A stretch of 64,000 nucleotides of DNA from Podarcis muralis (GCF_964188315.1 NC_135669.1:16368001-16432000); one strand, 5' to 3'. Numbered from the stretch's first letter, positions 1-11,659 are shown. Numbers and translations are program-made. Notes: generated by a model from the sequence alone, not told the origin.

Positions 1-1
1 G

Positions 2-2344
2 GAGGGCAACCAGCATGGACCTTCCCATGCCCATGCGGTTCCGACACTTGAAGAAAACCTCCAAGGAGGCAGTTGGTGTCTACAGGTAGGTGGGTGGGAG
101 TTGGTAGGCACTGGCGGAGGTAGAGTGGGGCAGGGGGAGCACATCGCCCCCGGCAGCGCGATACCAGTGGGGTTCCATCACAGCTGCCCCCGCTGGATGC
201 CACGCCCCCGCAGGTGGCGCACCACGCCCCCAGGATGCACGCCACGCCCCCCGCCTGCTCTCCACCGCTGTTGGTAGGTGGAGGCCACCTTATCAGGATA
301 AACGATGGGGAGGGTAGAACAGCCTAAGCCAGCAGGGCTTAGCAGAACAGCAATGAGAAAGTGCCTGGAACGACTCTCCTAGGTCATGTGGACAGATCTG
401 CTCCTAGCTGTGTTGCCTGCCTGCCTGCCTACCTGCCTCCATGTTTGCAACCTCTATGGTTGCAGCACCTAACACCCGTGGCTGCGCTGTGTGTTCCTCC
501 TTGGCAGGTCTCCTATCCATGGCCGGGGCCTGTTCTGCAAAAGAAACATCGATGCAGGAGAGATGGTGATCGAGTATGCCGGCAACGTGATCCGTTCCAT
601 CCTAACTGACAAGCGTGAGAAGTACTACGACAGCAAGGTAAGCCTTAGCAACAGCGGAGGCACTGCTGAAACCCAGCTGGTCATGAGTGCTGGCCACAGG
701 GCCCCTGAGGTTCTCCTGAGTGAGGACAAGGGCTGCCCAGGCCTTCACTAAAGCACTGGGAAAAGCAGGCCCTGGGTTCTTTGGTCGGAATGCACAGTGC
801 AGGGGTCACCCTGCCAGCACTTGAGCAGTTCCTCCTTACGTAAGGCAAGTGCCAGCACTTAAGCCTTGGAAGCAAAAGAGGGATGAGAAGTGGTGGCTGC
901 ACAGGAAGAGGTTGATTTTCCTGCAGAAGGGAGGGGGTTGCCCCTCCCACTTGCTTCACTAGGCAGGATTATGTAAATTAAGTTGAATTTACCCTTTAGT
1001 GGGTTGGCAACCCTTCCTTCTTGCCCAGCTCCCAGTGCAGGTAGGGTGACAGCTTGCCTGTAATCCTTTTTTGGGTTGCTGAAGAGAGAGCTTCTGTTGC
1101 TATTGTCTTCAGGAAAACAGAAGCAGAAGATGGCTCAGAGAGCAGCTAGTCCTCCCTCACCGTGGCCCCTCTTCTCCCATCGGGAGAGGACATTTTGTCC
1201 TAGGAGCCTCTTGAGGTGACAGGATTGGTACCTGATTTTCCTAGGAGCTGGTAGTCAGGTCCTTCTCAGGTGCAGGCAGGGGCTGCTGCAAGACGTGGCA
1301 ATTGGTGGGGCAGAGAGGGTGGAAGGGTTGTGGGGCTCTTGCCATGCATTCCCCCCTCCACACCATAGAAGGTATGGCTCCCCATCCCAGATGTTGCCAG
1401 TGTGTCTAGCAAATCCTCATGCAGGGATCTGGAGCTGGCTCTGCTCCCGCCTTCCCTATTCAGGAACCTGGTTTGGGGCTTCTTGAGCCTTACTGGGCTC
1501 AGATTTGGAGAAAAGCTCAGCCTTTCTGTGTTTGGACAGGAAAGCCATCAGGTTGCCAGCCTTAGCAGCACTCTTACAACATAGGCTGAAATGTAAAACC
1601 TGATTGGAATGAGGCCTCCAGTTGTACTATTATGATACGTGAAGATTTCTTAGGCTTGCAGCACAAAAAAGAAAGAGAATTTTAGAGTTGGGAGGGTCCT
1701 CTAGTCCAAACCTCTGCAATGCAGAAATCTCAGCTAAGGCCTCCATGACATATGGCCATCCAGCCTCTGATTAAAAAATCTCGAGTGGCTTACTTTCTTT
1801 TTAAAACAAAAGTATGTCATCAATAAAGAATACATTACAATAAAGACCTGTAACAATTCACAGAAACTTCAGAGACTCAAATAAATACAGACACTCATCA
1901 GTCAGTCTCCCTGGCACATCCTTTGGCAACCTTTTAAAAGGCGTGTTGAAAAGGCATAGGTTGGCTTTTATGTTGCAGCTGGTCATGTCTGAAGGGTTAG
2001 CTGTGGTGGTGCCCTGTGACCTGAAACTAGCCCATTCTCTCTCCCTGCCCCCTCCTCTCCTGGCCCAGGGCATCGGCTGCTACATGTTCCGCATTGATGA
2101 CTCCGAGGTGGTGGACGCCACCATGCACGGGAACGCAGCCCGCTTCATCAACCACTCCTGTGAGCCCAACTGCTACTCCCGAGTCATCAACATTGATGGG
2201 CAGAAGCACATAGTCATATTTGCCATGCGCAAGATCTACCGCGGCGAGGAGCTGACCTACGACTACAAGTTCCCTATCGAAGACGCCAGCAACAAGCTGC
2301 CCTGCAATTGCGGTGCCAAGAAATGCCGCCGGTTCCTCAACTGA
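2..2344 (+). CDS. KMT2A: Histone-lysine N-methyltransferase 2A (MLL1), last three coding exons (pre-SET/SET/post-SET); 5'-partial. Exons 2-85, 508-637, 2069-2344
   Basis: Spliced translation [106 protein letters not shown]...[13 protein letters not shown] matches the recalled MLL1 C-terminus. GT-AG junctions are in phase, and the downstream gene order matches human. Confidence 0.98.
1672..1790 (-). mobile_element. CR1 LINE 3'-end remnant
   Basis: agaattttagagttgggagggtcc..tagtccaaacc..ctgcaatgcagaaatctc..atggccatccagcctctg matches the reverse of typical squamate CR1 3' ends. Confidence 0.55.
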
Positions 2345-5300
2345 ACGCTGACCTGACCTGGCTGTCGTAGGGGTTGGGCTCCGCCAGTCTCAGGCGTGTG
2401 GAAGGTGGGGTGGGTGGGGTGGCCCTCCCACGGCAAGTGGGTCAAGCCAGGCAGCAGGTGGCCGAGGCCTGGTATTGTTTGCTGCCTCCTTGGCTTTGTG
2501 AAAGGTCCTGCCCAGATGATGGACTTCGTTGTCCCATCTTGCAAGGAAAACTGCTGGAGTGTTGGGCTGCTGCAGCAGCCAAGGACTGCCTTGAGAGGTG
2601 GGGCTTCCCTTCCCGCACACTTTGGTGGGCCCTTGCCTCCTCAGACTTGGAGACATGGCCTGCAGGTCTCCGTGAGCTGCCCTTGTGTCTTGCCTCTGGT
2701 TGCTGTTCCCTGAAATTCCCATGACTTGTTGAGGAATAGCTCATCAGTATTTGAGCAGGCAAGCAATGAGGACTGAGGGCTTCCATGCGCTTTGGGTGAG
2801 GTTAGGTTAGAAGTTCAGCCGAGGAGGACTCCCTGCCCTAGGAAGCAGGCTGTCCTGCCAGGCATTCAGTCCCTAGAGCCCTCTCCCTGCCCTGCATCTG
2901 CCCTCCAGTTGGGACTCCAGAGGAAACTGAGCCCCATAGGCAGTGGGCCTGGCGCCTCTCTGAGCACCAGCCTACAGCAGCTGATAGCATTTCCTTCCCT
3001 ACCAGCTGCTCTCTGACATAGGAAAAGGCAGGGAGTGCCAACACTCCCAGTGAGCTAGAGGCTGTGGGTTCCCTGGTCCAAGATTGGGGGACCCAAAAGG
3101 TGATGGATCTCCCTAGTGGGATCATGTGCCCGTTTAAAAGCAAACACAAGCAGCACAACTTCCTTTCAGCCTCCTTCAGTTGCACCCTCTTGAATTATTA
3201 TGTCATTGGATTTTACTTGGTTCTTCTGTTTACAGTTTAGTATTTAAGGTTTTGTAAATGTAAATATATTTTGTATATTTTTCTATGAGAAGCACTTCAT
3301 AGCGAAGAGCACTTATGAAACTATTTTTTCAATTGTGGTTGTCATCCTAATTTAAAAGAATCAGTTTTTAATGACCTTATTATTTTAATAGGATGGGCTT
3401 TAGGAGGTTGCTGGCCAGGCCTGCAGTCTGAACCTTCCTCTAGAGAGCAGTGGGGGCAGCGGGGAGAACCTTTCCAGTTTTCTGGAAGCTTTGGCTGGAC
3501 CTCGAATTACACATTGTGGGAGAGAAGATACACACACATCTGCAAGAGGTGTTTTGAACCCAGCATTGATGCTGGGTTTTAACATGGGGGTGGGAGTACA
3601 GCACAGAGGGGACCCCCTGACCTTCCTCTCTCTTGGGAAGAAGCCAAAATCCCACCACGCCACACCTCAGTAACCCAACATTTCTGGTCTGCTCCATCTC
3701 ATGCCACCAGATTAAACTTCCTTGGCTCTGAAACTGCAAGCAAACCTTCCTATGGTTGCCTAGTAAAGCCGCAGCAGCAGCCAGGCTTCTTTTGGGCCAA
3801 CAAGCACATTCCCTATGAAGATCTTGCCTCTCCTGCAGCCCAGCTTCCAGTTGCCTGGGGAGGACAGGCCAGCACTTACTAAGCCTTCCGCTACAGCTGG
3901 AGTGGTACAGGGCATGTGTCCATTTCTCCTATTGGGGGGGCGCAAAACCCAAGTTTGGGTTGCCTGTGGTGAATGTGGCAGAGTTTTGGGGGAATTGAGT
4001 AGCCCTCCAGCTTTCCTGTTCCAGGCTGCCACATCCTGTGGGCCAAAGAGGAACATAATTTGCATGTCCCCTGCTGCTACCAAAGCCCTGGGCCAGTATC
4101 TGCCAGGTCAGAAGAGAGTTCCGTCCCTTGCTTCTTCCTCTCTTCCACAAGGAAGTTCCAAGCAAGGAACAGGAGGAGGAGGAGCACAAGCATGTGGCTC
4201 AGGGCAGAGCTGGACTGGGGTCCAAGCTCACTGACATTTGCTGCTGCTGTTGCTGCTGCTAAACCCTGTTCTGACTGAGCTCAGCAGCAGGCAGCCACTA
4301 TGGCCAGTAACCCAAGGGAAGAAGGCATGCATGCCACTGTGCCTGGGCTCCATGGGGAGGCCGGCAGGAACGGAGAGAAGGAAGGGTTGGGGTCTTGGCC
4401 AGTTGTGTTGGCTCTGATCCGTGGAGCAAAGGGAGGAGCTCCACGCAGCTTCCTGGCAATATGAATGTATAATTTCTAAGGACTGACAGAGATCATGATA
4501 CCTGAGAATACTAAGAGTCAAACCTTTAAGGTGTTTATTTTTTTAAAGGAAAAGCGGGTCACTGCAAAGGGCTGGGGTATAATAATCTTCTCTTCATTGT
4601 CCTCCCTTGCGAAGCAATACCGGGTTCTTGTTCTTTGTGCAGAATCATGTCGTTCTCACCCAGATTGCTGCTCCATCCTCCTCCCCTCCACCATCTCCTC
4701 CTCCCACACACCTGCAAGTTTTTATAACTATAAATATGGTATATATAGGAACAAATATCGTACTGCACCATGTCTTGAAGCCTGGCTTTGAATTCTCTTT
4801 AACACTATAGATAAGAGTTGTGTTCCAGTTGCTCAAAAGGCAGGAAAACCAGCAAGCCAGAGGCTTCGGGGCCAGTTGACGTCTCCCTCCTCCAAGGAGG
4901 ACTGGGTAAGGGACCGGGGGTGGAGGGGTGGATGCTCTGGCTCAGTCTGCCTGCATGCAAACCCCCAGGAAGCTGTTGGGGGCTTGGCTATGAATTCTCC
5001 TGACCTTCAGTGTTAACAGTCAGTTCTTGTACAACTTGTTTCTTGCCGCCTTCGCTGCCTCCTCCTGGGTTCTGATTGTTGAGGTACCAAAACGGCGTCA
5101 TCTGCTTTCCTGGTACCTTAACAAGGTCCTGCAGCTTTGCCTCTCAGCCGAGAACTGTGCTCGTGATGTTCCTTTGATTCAACGTAGCCGTCTTTTAATA
5201 GCTCAAGGTAGTGAATAATTGTCTCAAACCGTGCAAAAGCTACGCAAACAGGGTTTTGTTCCAGAGAAAAAGCAACTTATCATGTAAAACCAATCTCTCT

Positions 5301-5605
5301 CTCTCTTCGTTTTATTTCTCGTGTTCTTCCAGATTGTTTGGGTTTTTGTTTGTTTGTTTGTTTTCTTTAAAAAGAGGAAACGCGTCTCTCGTGCTGCATC
5401 AGTGTTAATTCCCTGTCATCGTCACAGGGATGAAGGAAGTACTTTCAGTAGTTCAAGAAATGACTGAAAAGTTCCATGAAAGACTGAATGTAAAAACAAG
5501 TGTATATAGTTGTACAAAAAAAGGAGTTTTTAAACATGTTTATTTTCTATGCACTTTTTTATTTAAGTGATAGTTTAATTAATAAACATGTCAAGTTTAT
5601 TGCTT
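2345..5605 (+). other. KMT2A: KMT2A 3'UTR (~3.2 kb) ending at poly(A) signal AATAAA 5581-5586
   Basis: Follows the stop codon. AT-rich blocks (about 3190-3390, 4470-4620, 4730-4840, 5280-5605) resemble the recalled human KMT2A 3'UTR, ending TTAATTAATAAACATGTCAAGTTTATTGC. Confidence 0.85.
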
Positions 5606-5785
5606 CAGAGGATGGTGTTTTCATTTATTGATCAAGGCTGTGGAGGTTTTCAGCAGGGGAGGGGGGCAAGTTTGTATATAGCTCTCAAGAAACAATAAAA
5701 AAGGAACCCACTTCTAGGCTGCACCATACAAACACAAGGTAAGATCATTTACTTCACCTCTTGGGCTTCTTTCCTTGTTGCAATA

Positions 5786-5987
5786 CAGTCGTACCTCATA
5801 AGTTGAGCGCCTTTCGAGATGAACGTTTTGGCTCCTGAACACCGTAAGCCTGGAAATAATTGTTCCTGTTTGTGAACGTTATTGGAACCCAAACATCCAT
5901 CGTGGCTTCTGATTGGCTGCAGGAGCTTCCTGCAGCCAATCAGAAGCTGTGCCTTGGTTCCCAAACGTTTTGGAAGTCAGACAACTG
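5786..5987. mobile_element. Tc1/mariner (Tigger-like) MITE, internally deleted
   Basis: TA-CAGTCGTACCTC left end, degenerate right end ..caactg-TA, and an internal palindrome cttctgattggctgcagga/tcctgcagccaatcagaag. Confidence 0.7.
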
Positions 5988-6047
5988 TATATCTGATATT
6001 CTGTAAGGTGAACGTGCTGCAACAGTCTTACACGCTTCCTTGTCCAG

Positions 6048-6397
6048 AAGGTAAAGGGACCCCTGACTGTTAGGTCCAGTCGTGGCCGACTCTGGGGTTG
6101 CGGCGCTCATCTCGCTCTATGGGCCAAGGGAGCCGGTGTACAGCTTCTGGGTCATGTGGCCAGCATGACTAAGCCGCTTCTGGCAAACCAGAGCAGTGCA
6201 CGGAAAGGCTGTTTACCTTCCCGCCGGAGCGGTACCTATTTATCTACTTGCACTTTGACATGCTTTCGAACTGCTAGGTTGGCAGGAGCAGGGACCGAGC
6301 AACAGGAGCTCACCCCGTCGCGGGGATTCGAACCGCCAGCCTTCTGATCGGCAAGTCCTAGGCTCTGTGGTTTAACCCACAGTGCCACCCGCATCCC
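6048..6397 (-). mobile_element. Sauria-type SINE (full length)
   Basis: The reverse strand reads gggatgcgggtggcactgtggg...ggttcgaatccccgcgacgggg (tRNA-derived head, B box) and ends in an ACCTTT-type tail. Near-identical to the copies at 46258 and 58177. Confidence 0.9.
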
Positions 6398-6703
6398 TTG
6401 TGGGGAAACAATCCTGCTGAATCCAAATAAAGGCCCATATAGTCCAGCATCCCAGGGGCTGAGCAAATGCCCCAAAGGGAAGCCCGCAGTGAAGACCCAA
6501 GTGTAAAGGGTATCACTGCCATTTGTACACAGAAACTGATGTGCAGAGGCAGGCTGCTAACCGATACTGGAAGTAGTACACAGCCATCATTGACTAGGAG
6601 TTTAAAAGCTTCTTTGCCACCCTTTTCATTTTAGGTGCCAGCAAACTGGTTCAGGTGGAGCCCATCCCTTTTGCATTGGTCCAGCTTGTCCCCAAAAGTC
6701 CCA

Positions 6704-7056
6704 TAAAGGTAAAGGTACCCTGACCGTTGGGTCCAGTCACGGACAACTGGGGTTGCTCACTCATCTCACTCTATAGGCTGAGAGAGCCCGTTTGTCCACA
6801 GACAGCTTCTGGGTCATGTGGCCAGCATGACAGCTGCTGCTGGCGAACCAGAGCAGCGCACGAAAACGCTGTTTACCTTCCCGCCAGTGCAGTACCTATT
6901 TATCTACTTGCACTTGACGTGCCTTTGAACTGCTAGGTGGACAGGAGCTGGGACTGAACAACGGGAGCTCACCCCGTCGCGGGGATTCGAACTGACGACC
7001 TTCTGATCGGCAAGCCCAAGGCTCTGTGGTTTAGACCACAGCGCCACCCACGTCCC
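6704..7056 (-). mobile_element. Sauria-type SINE (second variant)
   Basis: Same architecture (aaaggtaaaggtacccctg...cagcgccacccacgtccc) with a variant core gtttgtccacagacagc. Confidence 0.9.
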
Positions 7057-7484
7057 TTGGCATCTTGCAAATCCAAGCCCTGCCTCCTGGCACCACTGTC
7101 TCATCCATGCCTTGAGACTGCTCACTCTGTCTTTTACCTGGCCTTGTGCATGGCAAGAGGAGCATTCAAGAAATGCATCCCAAGCTCAAAAGTCCCCGCA
7201 ATAGTAGTGCAGCTGGCATAATGTCACTGCACAAGAGAAACAATAATTGTGGCTGGCACAGGTGTGGTTTATATCCTGCCAAACACTGATTGCCTGCATG
7301 GTTCCACCACATCTGGAGGGCATTCTCATGCCACCATGAGGGTAGCCGGTGAGTGGGGCAGGGGCCTGATTTTCCCAGATTAGCTTGAGCCCATTGTTTC
7401 CCACAGGACATGTCCCTGTGCACTGCCCCTTTGGCAGGCATAGCGCCCAAGCATAGTTGCAGTCTTGAGCAGGGGTTACATATA

Positions 7485-7726
7485 CAGTGGTACCTCGGGT
7501 TAAGTACTTAATTCGTTCCAGAGGTCCGTTCTTAACCTGAAACTGTTCTTAACCTGAAGCACCACTTTAGCTAATGGGGCCTCCCGCTGCCACCACGCCG
7601 CCGGAGCACGATTTCTGTTCTCATCCTGAAGCAAAGTTCTTAACCCAAGGTACTATTTCTGGGTTAGCAGAGTCTGTAACCTGAAGCGTCTGTAACCTGA
7701 AGCTTATGTAACCCAAGGTACCACTG
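7485..7726. mobile_element. Tc1/mariner (Tigger-like) MITE
   Basis: TIRs CAGTGGTACCTCGGGTT / AACCCAAGGTACCACTG flanked by TA on both sides; same family as 32204 and 48930. Confidence 0.9.
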
Positions 7727-8426
7727 TATATGGCAGCCAGCTGGCTTCTAATATGCCCCTTTTTTGACAGGCAGATCAGTGGCAGGCCTGACTTGCATCC
7801 ACCAAGCTGCCCATTAGTGGACAGATGAACTTCTGGCGGCAGCAGCAGCAGATTCCCAGCAGCGTGGGCTCCTCTCTGCTGTGGAGGGCAGTAGCACTGC
7901 ATCCTAGCCCCTTCCAGTCTAGCAGATTTGTGGTTTGAACTGCTCCGTAACACAGCATAGTAAAACGTGGAACTCAAAACAGTAGCAAATGTAATCCGGA
8001 TTAGCTACAGAAATCCCCCAAAGCCTGTTAGGAAAATTTGGTCTTTACTGCAGCAGGGAAAGCGGCTGGGTCGACCTTTCTCCAGCCCTGCTGCTAGACC
8101 AGTGATGCTAGGAACTCTGGGACAGAGCATCTGGGCTGGCTGGAGGTATGTGTGCGCCCCCTCCCCTTTTTGTTATTCCTGCACTGTGTTAGTTCCCGCC
8201 CTTCTTGCTCCTCCCCCAGCCCTGGGAGTGTGCTTGGGGGTCAAAAAACTCCCTGTTTCAGCTCCAGCAACAGCACCCACTTAGACCTAGACGCAGCAGC
8301 AGCAGCAGCAGGGCATTGCCCCATCTCCTCCCCCAATGCTATTGGCTGCTTGGTAAGCCAGCCCCTCTCTCTCTCACCCCCACTTGCTCTCCCAGGTCAC
8401 TCAAGATCTCATCCACAGGAGCCGAC

Positions 8427-10318
8427 ATGGCGACAGCACACGACAGGGCAGTTTTGCAAAGCATATTCCAGCCCGACGCCCCTTTTGGTGACCTCTCTGA
8501 TGAGCTGGAGGAGCAGGAGACCCTCAACGGAGAAGGTGAGTTTGGCTTCTGCATGAGATGGGGCAGGGGAGAGGGCCTTTCCTGGAGGCATCATCTGTCT
8601 CTACCTTGAGCTCCCGGAGGTTCAAGGATGGTGGGGGGCTGCAAAGGGGAAAGCCCCACCTACCCATCTCTGTGTAATTGGAGCAGCAGGAAATCCCTCT
8701 GTTTTTCATTAAGGAGGCCTTTACAAGGCTCTCATATCATGGCCCTGGAAGAGAGGGCCTCTCCCTCACCATCAGCAGCATAGGAGCCAACTCCTAGGGG
8801 CCGAGGTCCCTTCGACACCCCCCAATAAAATATTGAAGGGGTCTTGGGGCCCCAAAAGTTGATGGGTATTGCCATTCAAATTGTGTGTGTGACCATGTCT
8901 TGCGATCAATTATGGTGGGTTGGGGTTTATACCTGCCCCCTAAATATTTTATCCAAGTTGGCACCCCTGGTCTGCAGTGGGGGGAAGCTGCTTTCAGAAA
9001 CTTGCCAGCCTTTTTCTGCAGGCTTCACGTCCATGGTGGTGCAGCATGACCTCTGATCGTCACCTGACCACAATTCATTGCACTTTGCCCTGGAGAAGGT
9101 GGGTGGGCTTTCCCCCCAGAGGCTTTCTGTCCCCTTGTCCCTGAGAAATTGTAGTCATCCGTGTAATTAGCACCGGATTGGAGGCCAGTGGAAGTTCCAG
9201 TGGCTGTAGAATGGGGGGGGGTGCATACCTATATAGCCTAGCTGTCTTCTGTCCCCCCGCCCTTGACCCAGAGCTATTAACAAAACTGTGCTTCTCCTCA
9301 TAATGAGACAGAAGCAACCTTTGACCCGGAGCTCCTGGAACAAGCCACTCAGCTAGAGATCCAGGGCATTGAAGCTGCCGAAGCTGGAGACCTGCAGAAG
9401 GCCCTGGAGAGATTTGACCTGGCCATTCAGCTGCTTCCTGAGCGAGCCGCAGCCTACAACAACCGGGCCCAGGCCTTCCGCCTCAAGGGCAACACAGCAA
9501 GTAAGTGAGCAAGGCAGTGCTGTTCTGCATTGACACAGAGGATAGGGGCCCTCTGCCTGGGACAGGCACCATGTCTGCTGTGTAGCCTGAGCCTAGCAAA
9601 AGGAGGGCTGAGCAAACCCCCTGGACAGGGAACACCACATCCCTTGTCCTCTTCAAGGGCTTTTCAGAGACCTTCCCATCACCTGTTCTCTGGGCTCAAT
9701 ATTGGTGCATCTGCTTGCATGGGAACCCACCTACTAGGGCATCTCCCCATGCCACAGCCAGCCCTACAAGGTCCCCGAGAATCAAAGCTCTGAGCTAAGA
9801 ACCTGCTACCTAAAGTGGAACCCAAACCACTGAAAACAATCCCCAATCTTAATAAAACAACTGCTTTCCATTCCAACTCTGTCCATGCTGAAGATGGTGC
9901 CACTGTGTGGGCACAGCTGCTGCTGCTTCCCCTTCTGCAATATCTCTGCTATGATTCACAAGGCAGGTTCCATGGCGTTCCCCTCCATCATTTGCATGTA
10001 TTTCTTCTCTACCTGTCAGGTGCCCTGGAGGACCTGGGTATGGCACTGCAGCTTAGCAGGGGTGTTGGCCGTGTAGCCTGCCAGGCGTTTGTGCAGCGAG
10101 GGCTGATCCAGCGCTTGCAAGGCCACGAGCAAGAGGCCCATAGGGACTTTGAGCAAGCGGCCAGACTGGGCAGTGCCTTTGCCCGTCGTCAGCTGGTCCT
10201 GATGAATCCGTACGCAGCCCTCTGCAATCAGATGCTCTCCGAAATGATAAAGAAACTGAGGGGCCCAAGCAAAGAGCCCCAGACGGAGGCTTCCTCCGGG
10301 GAGAAAGTGTGTCGCTAA
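8427..10318 (+). CDS. TTC36: Tetratricopeptide repeat protein 36, 198 aa. Exons 8427-8535, 9312-9500, 10020-10318
   Basis: [22 protein letters not shown]...[34 protein letters not shown]...ALEDL...QAFVQRG...[21 protein letters not shown] matches recalled TTC36. The 597-nt spliced ORF has GT-AG junctions; AATAAA at 10497-10502. Confidence 0.96.
8779..8969. mobile_element. hAT-type MITE in TTC36 intron 1
   Basis: Imperfect TIRs CATAGGAGCCAACT / AGTTGGCACCCCTG; flanking 8-mers atcagcag / gtctgcag match at 6/8, consistent with a decayed 8-bp TSD. Confidence 0.6.
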
Positions 10319-10569
10319 GGACAAACAAGGGCTCAGCCTGCAATTCCTCTCCCAAAGACAAGCTGGGGGTGCTACTCCCCACCTTTCAAGCTCCAAAGAT
10401 AATATAAAAACAATGTTCCATCGGGTTATGGTCCGGAATAAACTATGCAAATTAAGCACCCTGAAAAACCTTTGTAATAAGCTTTGTTTCTTTCTTAATA
10501 AAGATCTCTGTGACAAAATTGTAATTTTATGTTGTATTAATTGTTCAGATTGAGAAACAATACGTAGCT

Positions 10570-10720
10570 CATTCCTAAGATGAGCTTTCCTACCTGAGGA
10601 CTGGAAAGCGGTCAATGTAGCACCAACTTTTAAAAAAAGATTCAAAAGGGATCTGGGAAATTACAAGCCTGTTTGTTTATCTGCTCCTGGAAAACTGGTG
10701 GAAACCAATACAAGTCACAA
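10570..10720 (+). mobile_element. Degenerate CR1 reverse-transcriptase fragment
   Basis: cctgaggactggaaagcggtcaatgtagcacca...ttaaaaaaag..gatctgggaaattacaagcctgt resembles the CR1 ORF2 motif PEDW..ANV.P.FKKG...DPGNYRP. Confidence 0.55.
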
Positions 10721-11659
10721 CATTACTATACAGGGAGTAGGAGGAGTTCTAAAGCAGTGTTGTTCAACAGATCCAGACCCAAGACCCACCTCTGAGTCCC
10801 AAGCTGCAACATGGGACCCACTTTCACTTTTAATTTATACTTAATATTGCTAATAGTGCATGCTGTTAATTCTAAAACGGCAATTAACAGAGCAATATAC
10901 ATAGTGTTGCCTTAGCATTACTATTAAATGAAAACCAGTGCTGCAATGTGGCAGGAGAAAGGAACAGGCATGTGACTGGCCAGAAATATGTATCGTATTA
11001 AAAATTGGCTCATACCTTTCTCCTGCCATATCAGAGCACTTGTAGAAATTGATAAAATGGGTGTCTCATCCAGAACTTGACCTAGTCCAGACACACATGC
11101 AATGCTCCTTTTCGTCTGCTCAGCCTAAGCTGGAATCCAGCCTCTCTGTGACCCACTTGGTGTGGCCTCACAACCCACGAGATCTGTGCAAAGGGATCTC
11201 TCCAAACTGAGTGAATGAGCAGTAAAATGGCAAATGCAATTACAATGGATAAAAAAAATAATAATCCAAGTTTCACAGACCTGCTAAGGGGGTCTGAACT
11301 AACCAGGAAAGATGTAGGAGTCCTGATGGCAGAAGATGACCTGCCCCAAACACACTCATGTGGCCAAGTTCTGCTTTATACACTCATAAAGCACTCATAA
11401 ACCCCATCACTTCTCAGAATCACCAGTCTTAAACTCCAGGTGTTTTAAAGGTGGCCTTCCTGATGCCTGTGGGAACTCAAAAGGAGACGGAGTGAAGGCA
11501 AGAGCTTTCCCTGGCGGGGTGAGCTCAGGAGTCAAAAAATTGTAGAGTTGGAAGGGACACCCGAGGGTCATCTAGTCCAGCCCCCTGCAATGCAAGAATG
11601 TCAGGGATAGACTGCTTTGGAATAAGGAGGAGCCAGACAACTCTGGCAGAGCACCTCTT

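Noticed and set aside
10016-10645. 209-aa antisense ORF over TTC36 exon 3 and its UTR
   Set aside because: TTG start, overlaps a coding exon and CR1 debris, and has no recognisable motif.
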